Origin: a virus
Taxonomy: Duplodnaviria > Caudoviricetes
IMG/VR virus record: IMGVR_UViG_3300028635_000415
Location: 1 to 24,163 of that record
Direction: 5' to 3' (one strand)
Length of the DNA stretch: 24,163 bases
Shown: in pieces, positions 1 through 9,598 of the stretch
Layout: each line of letters starts with the position of its first letter
Numbering within the stretch: the stretch's first letter is position 1
Notes under the pieces: generated by a model
What the model was told of the DNA's origin: nothing
The model's input: the letters and a program-made list of their open reading frames with translations, nothing else
The model's database searches: none
Program-made: the position numbers and the translations under genes

Positions 1-16
1 GCCCGGCACGCAACGC

Positions 17-964
17 ATGGCCGCTCTTGTTGCGCCCTGTTACGAGGCGCTGAAGCAGTTGCCCACCGTGCCTGGGACTGTGGCGTTCAACCGGTTCGGG
101 GTCAGCGAGAGTGCGTACGAGTTGGACCACAAGCTCGGTGACAAGTTCCCGAGCTCGTGGGCGGCGCATGTGGAGATAAGCGGGACAGAGCCGCCGGTCG
201 TCGCCGATGCGCTTCCGGACCCCGTGTGGCATGAGCGGTATCCGCATTCCGGCAACGCGAAAGCCATGGCCGAGGCGTGCATGAAGCTCGGAGGGCGCCT
301 CCAGTTCCTCAGCCCGCCGCACCCCACCGACTACGAGTACCGCAGGATCGTCGACGAGATGGCGCCGTACGGCATGTGCATAGTCGACGGGGCGTTGGTG
401 CACGACCCGAAGCTGACCGAGAAGCGGCTGAAGGCCCGGCGGTCGCGCGACAAGGCCGAGGCCGCGAAGCCCGAGCGCGAGGAAGCTCGCCGCCGGGAAG
501 CTACCCGCGCCGACGAGGAGGAGCTGGCCACCATCAAGTTCTGTGACTCCGTGTGGTTCATCCACGCCGTGGCCCGTTCGCTGTTCGATGCGGCCATGAA
601 GGGCATCCTGGGAGTCCCTCCCGGGGAGAGCTGCTACACCAGCGTGGATGATTCGCACCTCGTACGGAACGTGGTGAAGGCGTACGACCTGTGGCACGAG
701 AAGGGCCGACATCCCGACGTATTCTCGTGCTTGCCGACGTGCATCGGAAGCCACCAGGCCCGAGCGCTCGTCGTGTTCGCGCTGGTCGTGGAGCGGGCCA
801 CCGAGAGCGCCGCCAAGGCCCGCAAGCGCGCCAAGGCGGCAGGCATGCGCCCGCCCAAGGTGCGCGTGTTGAACTACCTCCGGGAGGTGCTCGCCATCTG
901 CCGGGAGCTGTATGCGGAGCGCGATTCTCGTGAACCGCCGTTCCAAGAAGAATCAGAAACCTGA
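17..964 (+). CDS. hypothetical protein (frame is open upstream, may be 5'-truncated by the window)
   Basis: 315-aa ORF with GC3-rich codon usage like neighbouring genes; no recognised motif. Confidence 0.7.
   Translation: MAALVAPCYEALKQLPTVPGTVAFNRFGVSESAYELDHKLGDKFPSSWAAHVEISGTEPPVVADALPDPVWHERYPHSGNAKAMAEACMKLGGRLQFLSPPHPTDYEYRRIVDEMAPYGMCIVDGALVHDPKLTEKRLKARRSRDKAEAAKPEREEARRREATRADEEELATIKFCDSVWFIHAVARSLFDAAMKGILGVPPGESCYTSVDDSHLVRNVVKAYDLWHEKGRHPDVFSCLPTCIGSHQARALVVFALVVERATESAAKARKRAKAAGMRPPKVRVLNYLREVLAICRELYAERDSREPPFQEESET
931..945. repeat. 15-bp palindromic motif copy 1 (TGAACCGCCGTTCCA, 2 mismatches)
   Basis: Matches consensus TGAACCGSCGGTTCA; in the C-terminal tail of ORF1, about 75 nt upstream of the ParB-like gene. 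Confidence 0.6.
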
Positions 965-1019
965 ATCAGTTGGTTGACAGTTAGAGGAATCCCCGAGAAT
1001 GAAAGGACCGGAGCAATAT

Positions 1020-2417
1020 ATGCCCTCCACCGTAGACCCCGCCATTTCCTCCATCCTGTTCGCAAGCCAGAACGGCAACCCCGTTCGCACGGCGCGGACT
1101 CATAACCCGGACTTCCCGATCGCCGACATCATCGTCGATCCGCGGGAGAACTACCGCTGGGGTTCTCAGGAGGCGATGGAGGCGGACCTCAAGAGCCAGA
1201 CGAAGAATCCCGCCGACGGCTCGATGGTGTGCACCTACCAGGTGTTGGTCGAGAGCATCCGGGCTGGTGGCGTGGATACCCCGGTCGGCTTGGTCGCCCG
1301 CCCCACCGGTGGGTACCGTATCGTGTACGGGTTCACCCGCGTCATGGCCGCGAAGGAAGTCGGTCTCGGCGTGATCCCTGCCTACGTGTACGACGCCAGC
1401 CTGCCCGAGGAGGAGGCCCAGCTCTTGCAGCTGCGCGAGAACAGCGCCAGCCTCAAGCGCGAGGTCAACTGGGTGCAGGAAGTGCAGATGTACTTCAAGC
1501 TGGTCGCCTACGTGCGGAAGTCGCTGACGGGCCGGAAGGCTGCCGATATGCCGCGTGACGACGACGGCCAGCCGATGTCCCCGAAGGTTGCCGCGTGCAC
1601 GGCCGTCGGCCGCATGCTCGGTGTGGCTCCGGCCACCATGAAGAACCGGAACTACACCCTCCAGCACATCCACCCGTTGGTGCGGGACCTCGCCGAGAAG
1701 CACATCTTCTCCTACGCGGTGTGCAGCGAGTTCACCTCCGGCGATGCCGGGGTGCCCTACACCACCGTGTTCGTGGAGGCCGTGCTCGAGGCGCTGCGCC
1801 ACAAGTCCCCCGACCTGATGTCGGTCACCCCGCAGATGGTGCGGGATGCTATGCGGAAGCTCAAGGACTCCGGGTCCAAGCCGATGTACGAGGACGGGAA
1901 GCGGCCTACCACGACCTGTGGTCAGTGGTCTGCTGGCAACCGCCAGTCGGCCGGTGCGCTCCGCGACCTGTGCGTCGCCATGTGGGCATCCGTCCTGGCC
2001 AAGTCCAAGATGAGCCTCCGCTCCTCCAAGCCCGAGGACTGGGAGTGCCTGCGCAAGACCAAGACCTGGCACACGGTGGTGGGTATCGGCATCGGTGCTG
2101 CCGATGTGTCCGCGCCCGTCGTCGAGGTCAGCGACGAGACCAGCCGCGCCGAGCTGTACCACGACGAGACCGCCTGGAAGTACGCGCTGTCCGCGCTCAT
2201 CCAGGCCGTCCTGTTGGCCGAGCTCCGCATGCCCGCCGAGAAGCTGCGGGAGTGGGTGAACAACTACACCTACACGAAGGATGGCGGCAAGCGCTCCAAC
2301 CGCGTGGAGTTCCACAGCGCCATCAACGCCGCACTGGATGCCTCCAACTTCCGCACCGCACTGCACGATGTCATCGGCAAGGCGCGCGAAGAACTCCGCA
2401 TCCGCCTGGGGGTCTGA
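1020..2417 (+). CDS. ParB/RepB/Spo0J-family DNA-binding protein (ParB N-terminal domain + HTH + long C-terminal region)
   Basis: LVESIRAGGVDTPV..YRIVYGFTRVMAA (GxxRxxA motif), QLRENSASLKREVNWVQE, then HTH-like VGRMLGVAPATMKNR; ATG at 1020 follows GGAG; ORF-track start is 999. Confidence 0.8.
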   Translation: MPSTVDPAISSILFASQNGNPVRTARTHNPDFPIADIIVDPRENYRWGSQEAMEADLKSQTKNPADGSMVCTYQVLVESIRAGGVDTPVGLVARPTGGYRIVYGFTRVMAAKEVGLGVIPAYVYDASLPEEEAQLLQLRENSASLKREVNWVQEVQMYFKLVAYVRKSLTGRKAADMPRDDDGQPMSPKVAACTAVGRMLGVAPATMKNRNYTLQHIHPLVRDLAEKHIFSYAVCSEFTSGDAGVPYTTVFVEAVLEALRHKSPDLMSVTPQMVRDAMRKLKDSGSKPMYEDGKRPTTTCGQWSAGNRQSAGALRDLCVAMWASVLAKSKMSLRSSKPEDWECLRKTKTWHTVVGIGIGAADVSAPVVEVSDETSRAELYHDETAWKYALSALIQAVLLAELRMPAEKLREWVNNYTYTKDGGKRSNRVEFHSAINAALDASNFRTALHDVIGKAREELRIRLGV

Positions 2418-3436
2418 TGATCGTCGTCACCGGGGACAGCCACCTCCACTTGTTCTCAGGGAGCCCTGTCCTCGATGACGGTTCCAATGCCCGCTTGGCC
2501 GATGCCGTCGCCGCTTTGGACGGGGTGTTGGCCACGGCCATCGAGCACAAGGCCAAGGCCATCGTTCATCTCGGTGACCTGTTCCACGACCGGAAAGGGA
2601 TACCGCCCGAGGTCATCCACCGCGCCGGCGAATGGCTGGACCGCGTGCACGCGGCCAAGATCGAGCTCCATCTGCTGGTGGGGAACCACGACATGTCTCT
2701 GGACGCGGGGACCCACGCCCTGCGAGGGTTCAAGGGGAGGGCGATCCTCCACGACCGAGTCGAGACCGTGGACATCCTGGGGTCCCGGTGCGGGTTCATC
2801 CCGTACGCGGAGGACCCTGCCGCGGTTGCGGCCGCGGCCACGCATCTCCGCACGCAGCGGTGCGAGTATGTGTTTGGTCACCTCGGAATAGGGGATCCCA
2901 AATATGCGAACTGCGTCCCCGTCGAATACGAGGTACCTGGGCGCATCGCGTTGGACGACTTGCGCCCTGGCGACTTCGCGCAGATCTTCCTCGGTCATTA
3001 CCACCTTCAGCAGCAGTTGCTCGATAACGTTCAGTATGTCGGCAGCCCCCTCCAGCTTTCGTTCGGAGAGGCCGACCACCCGAAGGGGTGGCACGTGTTG
3101 GATGAGCGCCGGGGAACTGTCCGGATAGCGGCCAACACGTTCAGCCCCAAGTACCACATCGTGTACGACGCCGAGTCGGCCAGCGAGTTCCCCGACACCG
3201 ATTTCGTGTGGGTGAAGGCCAGCGATCGCTCCCAGGAGCTCGCAGCCCAATCGCTGAACAAGCCCAACCTGCGGGTCGACCGGGCTGCCGCGAAGGCCAC
3301 CCCCGCCCGCATAGATCCCTCTTCCAAGGGGGCCTCTTTGCTGAGACAGTACGTAAAGGCCGTCCGTCCGGACGCCCTGCAACACGAGATAGACGAGCTG
3401 GTGGCTGACGGCCTGCGGCTCTTGGGAGGCAAATGA
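2417..3436 (+). CDS. sbcD: SbcD/Mre11-like metallophosphoesterase nuclease (T4 gp47-like)
   Basis: Motifs DSHLH, GDLFH, GNHD, FGH, GHYH, YVGSPLQLSFGE; ATG overlaps upstream stop (TGATG); the ORF-track extension from 1595 is spurious. Confidence 0.92.
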   Translation: MIVVTGDSHLHLFSGSPVLDDGSNARLADAVAALDGVLATAIEHKAKAIVHLGDLFHDRKGIPPEVIHRAGEWLDRVHAAKIELHLLVGNHDMSLDAGTHALRGFKGRAILHDRVETVDILGSRCGFIPYAEDPAAVAAAATHLRTQRCEYVFGHLGIGDPKYANCVPVEYEVPGRIALDDLRPGDFAQIFLGHYHLQQQLLDNVQYVGSPLQLSFGEADHPKGWHVLDERRGTVRIAANTFSPKYHIVYDAESASEFPDTDFVWVKASDRSQELAAQSLNKPNLRVDRAAAKATPARIDPSSKGASLLRQYVKAVRPDALQHEIDELVADGLRLLGGK

Positions 3437-3732
3437 GCGACAACGCGACATCCGAAGTGGTCAAGGTCGACCTCGACGAGGCGGTGAAGAAACTCGCCAT
3501 CCAGGACGGGGTCACCGACGCATCCGAGCTGGCGAAGGTCGTAGGCGTGAAGCGCTACGACCAGTACGCCGCCCAGGTGCGGTCCTACTACGCTGGTTAC
3601 GACCAGGGGTATGCGGCGGGCATCGCCATGATGGGGCGCCCCCTGCGCAAGTACGTTCTCCAGGTCGTCGTTTTGGCGTTTCTCGCCGGGGCTCTGGTCG
3701 GTTCTTTGATCATGGCTTACCTCTACTCCTGA
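3433..3732 (+). CDS. small protein with C-terminal transmembrane helix
   Basis: ATGA overlap with sbcD stop, GGAGG RBS; hydrophobic VLQVVVLAFLAGALVGSLIMAYLY. Confidence 0.75.
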   Translation: MSDNATSEVVKVDLDEAVKKLAIQDGVTDASELAKVVGVKRYDQYAAQVRSYYAGYDQGYAAGIAMMGRPLRKYVLQVVVLAFLAGALVGSLIMAYLYS

Positions 3733-3744
3733 AACGGCGGTTCA
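3730..3744. repeat. 15-bp palindromic motif copy 2 (TGAAACGGCGGTTCA)
   Basis: Begins at the upstream TGA stop and fills the gap before the sbcC ATG; exact reverse complement of the copy at 9572. Confidence 0.8.
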
Positions 3745-3745
3745 G

Positions 3746-5614
3746 ATGAAGTGGCGCGTCCTGTGGGTGGAGGCTGAGGACTTCCTCTGCTTCAAGAAGG
3801 TCCGGCTGGAGCTGACCGGCAGGCCCAACCTGGTTCTGATCGTCGGCAACCGGGGTCCCGGCCGCTCGAACGGTTCCGGGAAGTCCGCCTTGCTGGAGGC
3901 CATCACCTACGCCCTGTACGGGCGCACCGTCAGGAAGCTCCCCGCCGGTGGCGAGATCCGCCGAGGGGCCAAGGCGTGCGTGGTGCGGGAGTGCGTCAGG
4001 TTCGAGAACGGCAAGGAGATAGTCGTCGAACGCGGCCGCAGCTCCAGCGGCCCGTTCTGCCGCGTGTCTGGTCTGGACTCCCGGGCGTTGGCCTCAGGGG
4101 TGCAGCCCGTCCTCGATGCCATGCTCGGGGATTACACCCTCTTCACCTCCACGGCCATGTTCACCGGGGACGCGGCGTCGTTCTGCCGCAAGACCGACTC
4201 CGCGCGGAAGGAGCTCCTGGAGCAGATGCTCGGGGCTGGGAACTACGAGAGCGCCTCCGAACAGGCGGGGGTGGAGCTGGCCGCAGCCAACAGCGCAGTG
4301 CAGGAGGAGACCACCAACCTCGCCGTCCAGACCCGCCTCATAGAAGACCTGGCCGACCAGAGGGCTACGCTGGCGCTCGAGGCGTTGGCCTCGAGGGCGC
4401 GCCTCTTGGCCGTCTACAAGCAGAAGGTGGCCGAGGCGAAGGATTGCTCCACCGCGGCCCACGATGCCGCGGCCGCGGTCGCCGAGTGGATCCGGGTCGC
4501 CGCCGTCGAGCAAGCCAAGGCTGCCGACGACCGTGAAGCTGCGGAAGCTGCCCAGGAAGCCGTGCAGGAGAAGCTGGACGCCCTGACCGGCGAGGCCGCC
4601 ACTGTGGCCGCCACCCTGTCGGGGATCTCCGCCAAGATCCGGGACCTCACCGGCCAGATAGCCGATGTCGAATCCGGCAAGCACGCCGAGATCTGCCCCA
4701 CGTGCGGCCAGCGGTGGCCGCAGGACGGGGACCCCGACGAGGTGGCCAAGATCGTGAAGGCCCACAATGCCGCGGTGTTCAAGCTCAGGAGGGAGGCTGA
4801 GCCCTTGAGGGCCCGGGAAGCCGAGATCGACGCCGAGCTCGTGGACCTGCGCCGCGATCGCCAGCTCGCCATCAACGCCGCCAAGGCTGCCGTGGCCCAG
4901 CTGGACCAGGGGAAGCTCCGGACCCTGTTGGCCGAGGCCGCTGAAGCTGAGGTCCGGCTGGAGGAAGCCCATGCCGCGGTGGAGGCAGCCTCCGCCCGGA
5001 TCGTGGATGAGCCCGAAGTCGATCCCAAGTTGGCCGATTTGGACCGGCGTCTGGAGGCCGCTAGGGCCGATTCTAGGCAGGCAAAGGACCGGTTAGGGGT
5101 CCAACAGGGGTTGGCCTCCCGGATGGCCTTCTGGAGGAAAGGATTCAGCCGCACGGGGCTGCCCAGCTACCTGATGGACGACTCCATCCCCGGCATGAAC
5201 GCCGTCGTGGCTGAGGTCGCTGCCGCCCTGACCGACGGTGAGCTGGCCGTGTCCTTCGACCCGGGTGCCGCGAAGGGGTCCGGGAGCGTGTTCGCGGTGG
5301 TGGTCGACTACGCCTCTGGGGGGTCTGGGTTCGACGCAGCCTCGAAGGGCGAGCGGACCCGCGTGGACGTCTCCGTGCTGTTCGCCCTCCGCGACGTCGC
5401 AGAGCGCGCCGGCGGGGCCGAGTGCGAGCAGATGTTCCTGGATGAGGTCATGGACGGGGCGGATCCCCACTTCACGCAGTGCTTCATCCGCCTCCTGCGG
5501 ACCAGGTACCGCGGTCGCCAGGTGGTGATGATCTCCCACGACCCTGGGGTCGCATCGCTGGTGGACCAGACCATCACCGTCCGCAAGAAAGGTGCTGACG
5601 CCGTCTTGATGTAG
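3746..5614 (+). CDS. sbcC: SbcC/Rad50-like SMC ATPase (T4 gp46-like)
   Basis: Walker A NGSGKS, Ala/Glu-rich coiled coils, central zinc hook CPTC, signature SKGE, Walker B FLDE, H-loop ISHD. Confidence 0.93.
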   Translation: MKWRVLWVEAEDFLCFKKVRLELTGRPNLVLIVGNRGPGRSNGSGKSALLEAITYALYGRTVRKLPAGGEIRRGAKACVVRECVRFENGKEIVVERGRSSSGPFCRVSGLDSRALASGVQPVLDAMLGDYTLFTSTAMFTGDAASFCRKTDSARKELLEQMLGAGNYESASEQAGVELAAANSAVQEETTNLAVQTRLIEDLADQRATLALEALASRARLLAVYKQKVAEAKDCSTAAHDAAAAVAEWIRVAAVEQAKAADDREAAEAAQEAVQEKLDALTGEAATVAATLSGISAKIRDLTGQIADVESGKHAEICPTCGQRWPQDGDPDEVAKIVKAHNAAVFKLRREAEPLRAREAEIDAELVDLRRDRQLAINAAKAAVAQLDQGKLRTLLAEAAEAEVRLEEAHAAVEAASARIVDEPEVDPKLADLDRRLEAARADSRQAKDRLGVQQGLASRMAFWRKGFSRTGLPSYLMDDSIPGMNAVVAEVAAALTDGELAVSFDPGAAKGSGSVFAVVVDYASGGSGFDAASKGERTRVDVSVLFALRDVAERAGGAECEQMFLDEVMDGADPHFTQCFIRLLRTRYRGRQVVMISHDPGVASLVDQTITVRKKGADAVLM

Positions 5615-5641
5615 CGCGGGCATTGGTTAACTTGGCGACCC

Positions 5642-6169
5642 ATGGTGATCGTTGGAATCGACCCGGGGGTATCGCCCGCGGTGGCTTTCGTGAACGGCAG
5701 GAAGGCCACGGCCGGTCGGATAACGCAATCTGGCCACGTGTTCTCGGAGGCGATGCTGTTCGACACCCTCCGGAGCTCCCCCATCACCCACGCCGTGGTC
5801 GAGCTGGTGGGTCCCATGGCCGGGCAGGGGTTGGCCTCCACGGCGCACTTCATGACCGCGTGGGGGTTGATCAGGGGCATGCTGGTCGGCCTCGAGATCC
5901 CGTACACGATGGTCACCCCTCAGGTCTGGAAGCGTGATCTCGGGCTGACCACGGAGGTCGAGGACCCCGCCGACAGGAAGGCCGCACAGAAGGCCGCCGC
6001 CGTGGCGTTTGTCCAGAAGTGGTACCCCGGTTTGCAGCTTATACGCAAGGGGTGCAGAACTCCGGACCATAATATAGCGGAAGCCGTTTGCCTTGCAGTC
6101 TATGGTGCATACAAGCTCGGTTATGATGAAGTCTCACCCGCTCTTCAAAGATACCTTCGTGCGCTCTGA
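5642..6169 (+). CDS. RuvC-like Holliday junction resolvase
   Basis: IVGIDPG, AVVE, VTPQVWK, DHNIAEAVCLA pattern of phage RuvC-like nucleases. Confidence 0.85.
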   Translation: MVIVGIDPGVSPAVAFVNGRKATAGRITQSGHVFSEAMLFDTLRSSPITHAVVELVGPMAGQGLASTAHFMTAWGLIRGMLVGLEIPYTMVTPQVWKRDLGLTTEVEDPADRKAAQKAAAVAFVQKWYPGLQLIRKGCRTPDHNIAEAVCLAVYGAYKLGYDEVSPALQRYLRAL

Positions 6170-6965
6170 CGGTCGTATATTTCGTGCGGATGGGACGGAG
6201 CGCGTACAGCACGTGGGACAAGGGGGCTACCTGTATTGCAATCTCCCTGGGGGTGGCACGCGTAGAAGGGCCTTTGTGCACGTGTTGGTAGCTGAGGTTT
6301 TTATAGGTCCCCGTCTGCGTGGGTTGCAGGTTCGTCACCTGGATTGTGATAAGTACAACAACACGGTCAGCAACCTGGCGTACGGGACCCCCTCCGATAA
6401 TGCTGCTGATTCGATCAGGTGTGGCACTTCTTGTAAGGGGGAGGCCCATCCGCGTAGCAAGTTGACCGATGTGGAGGTTTCGCGTATCCGTGAGTTGGCG
6501 GCGGCAGGGTGGTCCGCTACTACGTTAGCCATAATGTTTCGCGTTGGGCACCCCACTATTTCGAGGGTGGCCCGCGGTTGCAGTTGGAAGCACGTGACTA
6601 CTCCAGGGGTCAGTAACTTCAGTACCTCCGGGGCTGGCAATGGTGCGGCCAAGCTCACCCCTTCTGATGTCATAGAGGTTGCCCGGAGGTATGATGCCAA
6701 TGAGGACGTTGCTAAGATTGCCGCAGATTTCAGTGTTTCTTCTGATAACGTGCATTACATCGGGAAGCGTAAAGGGTGGGCTACGGTACTGGCATCGCCG
6801 TGTTCCCGCAGCCGTATCCGGAAGCTAACCCGTGAGGATGTTACCGCTATCCGTGGGCTGCTGGTAAGTGGAGGTACGCCTCTTTCGCATATAGGGCGTA
6901 AGTACGGGGTGTCCTACCAAACTATTGCCCGTATCCGGGACCTGGGGTCGTATGGCCAAGCGTGA
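6123..6965 (+). CDS. free-standing HNH homing endonuclease with three C-terminal HTH-like repeats
   Basis: VHVLVAEVFIG..VRHLDCDKYNNTVSNLAY HNH motif; three KLT..V..(I/A)R...F/Y.V repeats; lower GC3 than flanks; overlaps resolvase 3' end by 47 nt. Confidence 0.9.
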   Translation: MMKSHPLFKDTFVRSDGRIFRADGTERVQHVGQGGYLYCNLPGGGTRRRAFVHVLVAEVFIGPRLRGLQVRHLDCDKYNNTVSNLAYGTPSDNAADSIRCGTSCKGEAHPRSKLTDVEVSRIRELAAAGWSATTLAIMFRVGHPTISRVARGCSWKHVTTPGVSNFSTSGAGNGAAKLTPSDVIEVARRYDANEDVAKIAADFSVSSDNVHYIGKRKGWATVLASPCSRSRIRKLTREDVTAIRGLLVSGGTPLSHIGRKYGVSYQTIARIRDLGSYGQA

Positions 6966-7632
6966 ACCGCCGGTTCAAGGGATCACCCCCGTCGAGGATC
7001 CCGAGCGCCTGATGGACGGGCCGCTGACCTCCGAGGAGATGGAGCTCTGCCAGAACGTGGTCGTGTTCGGCCTGGAGTACCTCCGCACTGCCAAGGGGTG
7101 GCGCGCCGAGCAGTCGGAGAAGTTCCTCCGCCGGTACGCCGTCCGCCGGCAGATCGAGACCCTCCAGAGGCAGTACACCGACCGCACCGGCATCCAGGAG
7201 CGCACCCAGTTCTTCGCCCAGCTGAAGGTCAACGCCATGGTGCCGGCGGCGATCAACACGCTGGCGAAGATGTTGCGCGGCTCCTACACCGACCCCACCA
7301 CGGGGCAGCCGGTGGTCCCGCCCTCCAAGGGGCAGTTCGCTGCCGCACTTGAGGTGTTGGACCGCGCCAACATCCAGGGCCAGAAGTGGGGCGGCAACGA
7401 CAGCGTTCCTTCGATCGATGCCCGATCGGTGCAGATCGCGCTGGGGAGCACCGCGGACCCCATGCAGGGGCTCAACGGGGAGTCCCGCGAGAAGCTGCGG
7501 TCGTTGCTCGCGGCAGTGACCTCCAGGGCGCGTGCCGTCGCCGCTTCACCCAAGGCTCCGCCCAAGCGGGCAGCGGACCTCCCCGAGGACGACAGCGGGG
7601 ATGTGGACCCCCACGAGTCGCGCGATGGTTGA
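6952..7632 (+). CDS. probable terminase small subunit
   Basis: Directly upstream of and overlapping terL; helical AAINTLAKML...AAALEVLDRA pattern; mainly a positional assignment. Confidence 0.55.
   Translation: MAKREPPVQGITPVEDPERLMDGPLTSEEMELCQNVVVFGLEYLRTAKGWRAEQSEKFLRRYAVRRQIETLQRQYTDRTGIQERTQFFAQLKVNAMVPAAINTLAKMLRGSYTDPTTGQPVVPPSKGQFAAALEVLDRANIQGQKWGGNDSVPSIDARSVQIALGSTADPMQGLNGESREKLRSLLAAVTSRARAVAASPKAPPKRAADLPEDDSGDVDPHESRDG
6963..6977. repeat. 15-bp palindromic motif copy 3 (TGAACCGCCGGTTCA, perfect)
   Basis: Overlaps the HNH TGA stop and codons 4-9 of the putative terS. Confidence 0.85.
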
Positions 7633-9574
7633 CCGCGCGGAGCTTCGGAAGGTGCTCGGGAACCTCCCCGAGCTGGAGACCTTGAGCGACGCCGAGCTGG
7701 TGGTGTTCCAGCAGTGTTTGGATGAGCTGGTGGTGGACGGGAAGTCCCCGTTGGCGGCGTCCCTCCTGCTGACGGACTACAAGTGGGAGCCCGTGACCAT
7801 CGAGCGCTTCCTCGCCGACTCCTACTATGCCGGGGACCTGACCCACGACCTGTTCCCCGCGTGCCGCGGTGTGCTGATCGAGACCTTCGATACCGGGCGC
7901 CGGCCCACAGAGCTGGTGCTGGCGGGTGCCACCGGGTGGGGGAAGACGACCATCCTGGCGCTGAGCTGCCTGTACATGGCCTACCGCCTGACGTGCCTCA
8001 GGGACCCGCATTCCTACTACGGCCTGATGAAGGGTGCCCCGATCGTCCTCGGCCTGTACTCCGTGAATCTGGACCAGGCGTACGATACCGTCTATGGGAA
8101 GGTGCTCAGCTGGGTCGACACCATCCCGTACTTCGCCGAGAAGGCGCCCCGCGTCCGCCGGTTGACCAGCAAGATCAAGTTCGCCCAGTCGCCTGTCGAG
8201 ATCATCGCTGGATCGAAAGAGCTCCATTCCATCGGTAAGGACCTCTTCTTCGCCGGCATCGACGAGGCGAACTTCATGACCTCCGCCAACGGGGAGGTCG
8301 ACGAGGGTGTGGCTGCGGCCATCTACACCTCGGTGTCCCGACGCCTCAAGTCGCGCTTCATGACGAGCACCGGTGAGCCCGCCGGTATGGCCGTCATCTC
8401 CTCCTCGAAGCGCACGAAGGCCAGCTTCGTCGAGAACCACCTCCGTGACAACGCTGGCGACGTGGCCACCGGCTTGATCAAGGTGGCCGCGTTCTCCCAG
8501 TGGGGAGTCCGTCCCCCGAGCAAGTACACCAAGCCGAAGTTCCGCGTGCAGGTGGGTGACCGCATCCATCCCGCCCGCATCCTGATCGACGGAGAGGACC
8601 CCAGGCCCGGCGCCGAGGTCATCACCGTGCCCGGCGAGTACCGCCGCGATTTCGACCAGGACATCGACAAGGCTCTGCGCGACATCGCCGGCGTGGCCTC
8701 CGAGGCCATGGTGCCCCTCCTGCACGACAAGTCCTGCATCGGCCGTTGCGAGGCGATGACGGCGCACGTGCACCCGTTCACCAGGGAGGTGGTCACCATC
8801 TCCACCGATGACGACATCGGTATCGAAGCCTACCTGCGCCCGGAGATCATGTTCAAGATCGTCCGCAGCGCCTACCGCATGAGGGTCAACCCCGAGGCCG
8901 CCCGGTACATCCACGTGGACACCGCGTTCACCGGGGACTGTCTCGGCATCTCCATGGTGCACATCGCTGGGCTGAAGACCGTGAAGCGCACCCGAAAGGA
9001 TGGTACCTGGTACGAGGACAAGGCGCCCATCTTCGTCGTGGACTTCATGCTCCAGGTGAAGCCCCCGCAGGTGGGCGAGATCGACCTGAGCAAGGTGCGC
9101 GCGTTCATCTGCTGCCTCCGCGATTATGGGGTGCCCATCTGGCGGGTCTCCTACGACGGCCACCAGAGCCGGGACTCGATGCAGATCATGCGGAAGCTGG
9201 GGTTCGACTCCCTCCTGTACTCCGTGGACCGCACCGATGAGGCGTACCTGTCCCTCAAGCAGGCCCTCATGGAGGAGCGCATCCAGCTGTACCACTACCC
9301 CGAGTTCGTGCGGGAGGTGTGCGAGCTGGAGCGCGACCTGGAGAAGGGGAAGGTCGACCATCCCCGGGTGTCTGCGGCAACGGGGAAGCCCGGGTCGAAG
9401 GACGTCAGTGACTCGGTCGCCGGTGCGTTGTTCAATGCGCTTGTCGACAAGCGCCAGGCGGTGACGGGCGTGGTGCGGGTGTTCCCGCCAGGCCAGGATA
9501 ACGTGGCCACGAGGGTGGCGATTCCGGGCGGGACCATGCTATGGTCTGACCTCGAGAAAGAGGTACGCTCGTGA
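7625..9574 (+). CDS. terL: terminase large subunit
   Basis: Walker A GATGWGKT, Walker B FFAGIDE, RNase H-like nuclease acids YIHVD, SYDG, GSKDVSDSVAG; directly upstream of portal; ATG at 7625 overlaps the terS end. Confidence 0.9.
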   Translation: MVDRAELRKVLGNLPELETLSDAELVVFQQCLDELVVDGKSPLAASLLLTDYKWEPVTIERFLADSYYAGDLTHDLFPACRGVLIETFDTGRRPTELVLAGATGWGKTTILALSCLYMAYRLTCLRDPHSYYGLMKGAPIVLGLYSVNLDQAYDTVYGKVLSWVDTIPYFAEKAPRVRRLTSKIKFAQSPVEIIAGSKELHSIGKDLFFAGIDEANFMTSANGEVDEGVAAAIYTSVSRRLKSRFMTSTGEPAGMAVISSSKRTKASFVENHLRDNAGDVATGLIKVAAFSQWGVRPPSKYTKPKFRVQVGDRIHPARILIDGEDPRPGAEVITVPGEYRRDFDQDIDKALRDIAGVASEAMVPLLHDKSCIGRCEAMTAHVHPFTREVVTISTDDDIGIEAYLRPEIMFKIVRSAYRMRVNPEAARYIHVDTAFTGDCLGISMVHIAGLKTVKRTRKDGTWYEDKAPIFVVDFMLQVKPPQVGEIDLSKVRAFICCLRDYGVPIWRVSYDGHQSRDSMQIMRKLGFDSLLYSVDRTDEAYLSLKQALMEERIQLYHYPEFVREVCELERDLEKGKVDHPRVSAATGKPGSKDVSDSVAGALFNALVDKRQAVTGVVRVFPPGQDNVATRVAIPGGTMLWSDLEKEVRS

Positions 9575-9586
9575 ACCGCCGTTTCA
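9572..9586. repeat. 15-bp palindromic motif copy 4 (TGAACCGCCGTTTCA)
   Basis: Starts at the terL TGA stop and abuts the portal RBS (AGGAG). Confidence 0.8.
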
Positions 9587-9598
9587 TAGGAGCTCCCC

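Noticed and set aside
974-1000. TTGACA promoter upstream of the ParB gene
   Set aside because: Perfect -35 but no convincing -10 at 16-19 nt spacing
1595-2416. N-terminal extension of the 613-aa ORF
   Set aside because: Off-frame overlap with the ParB gene; the nuclease starts at ATG 2417
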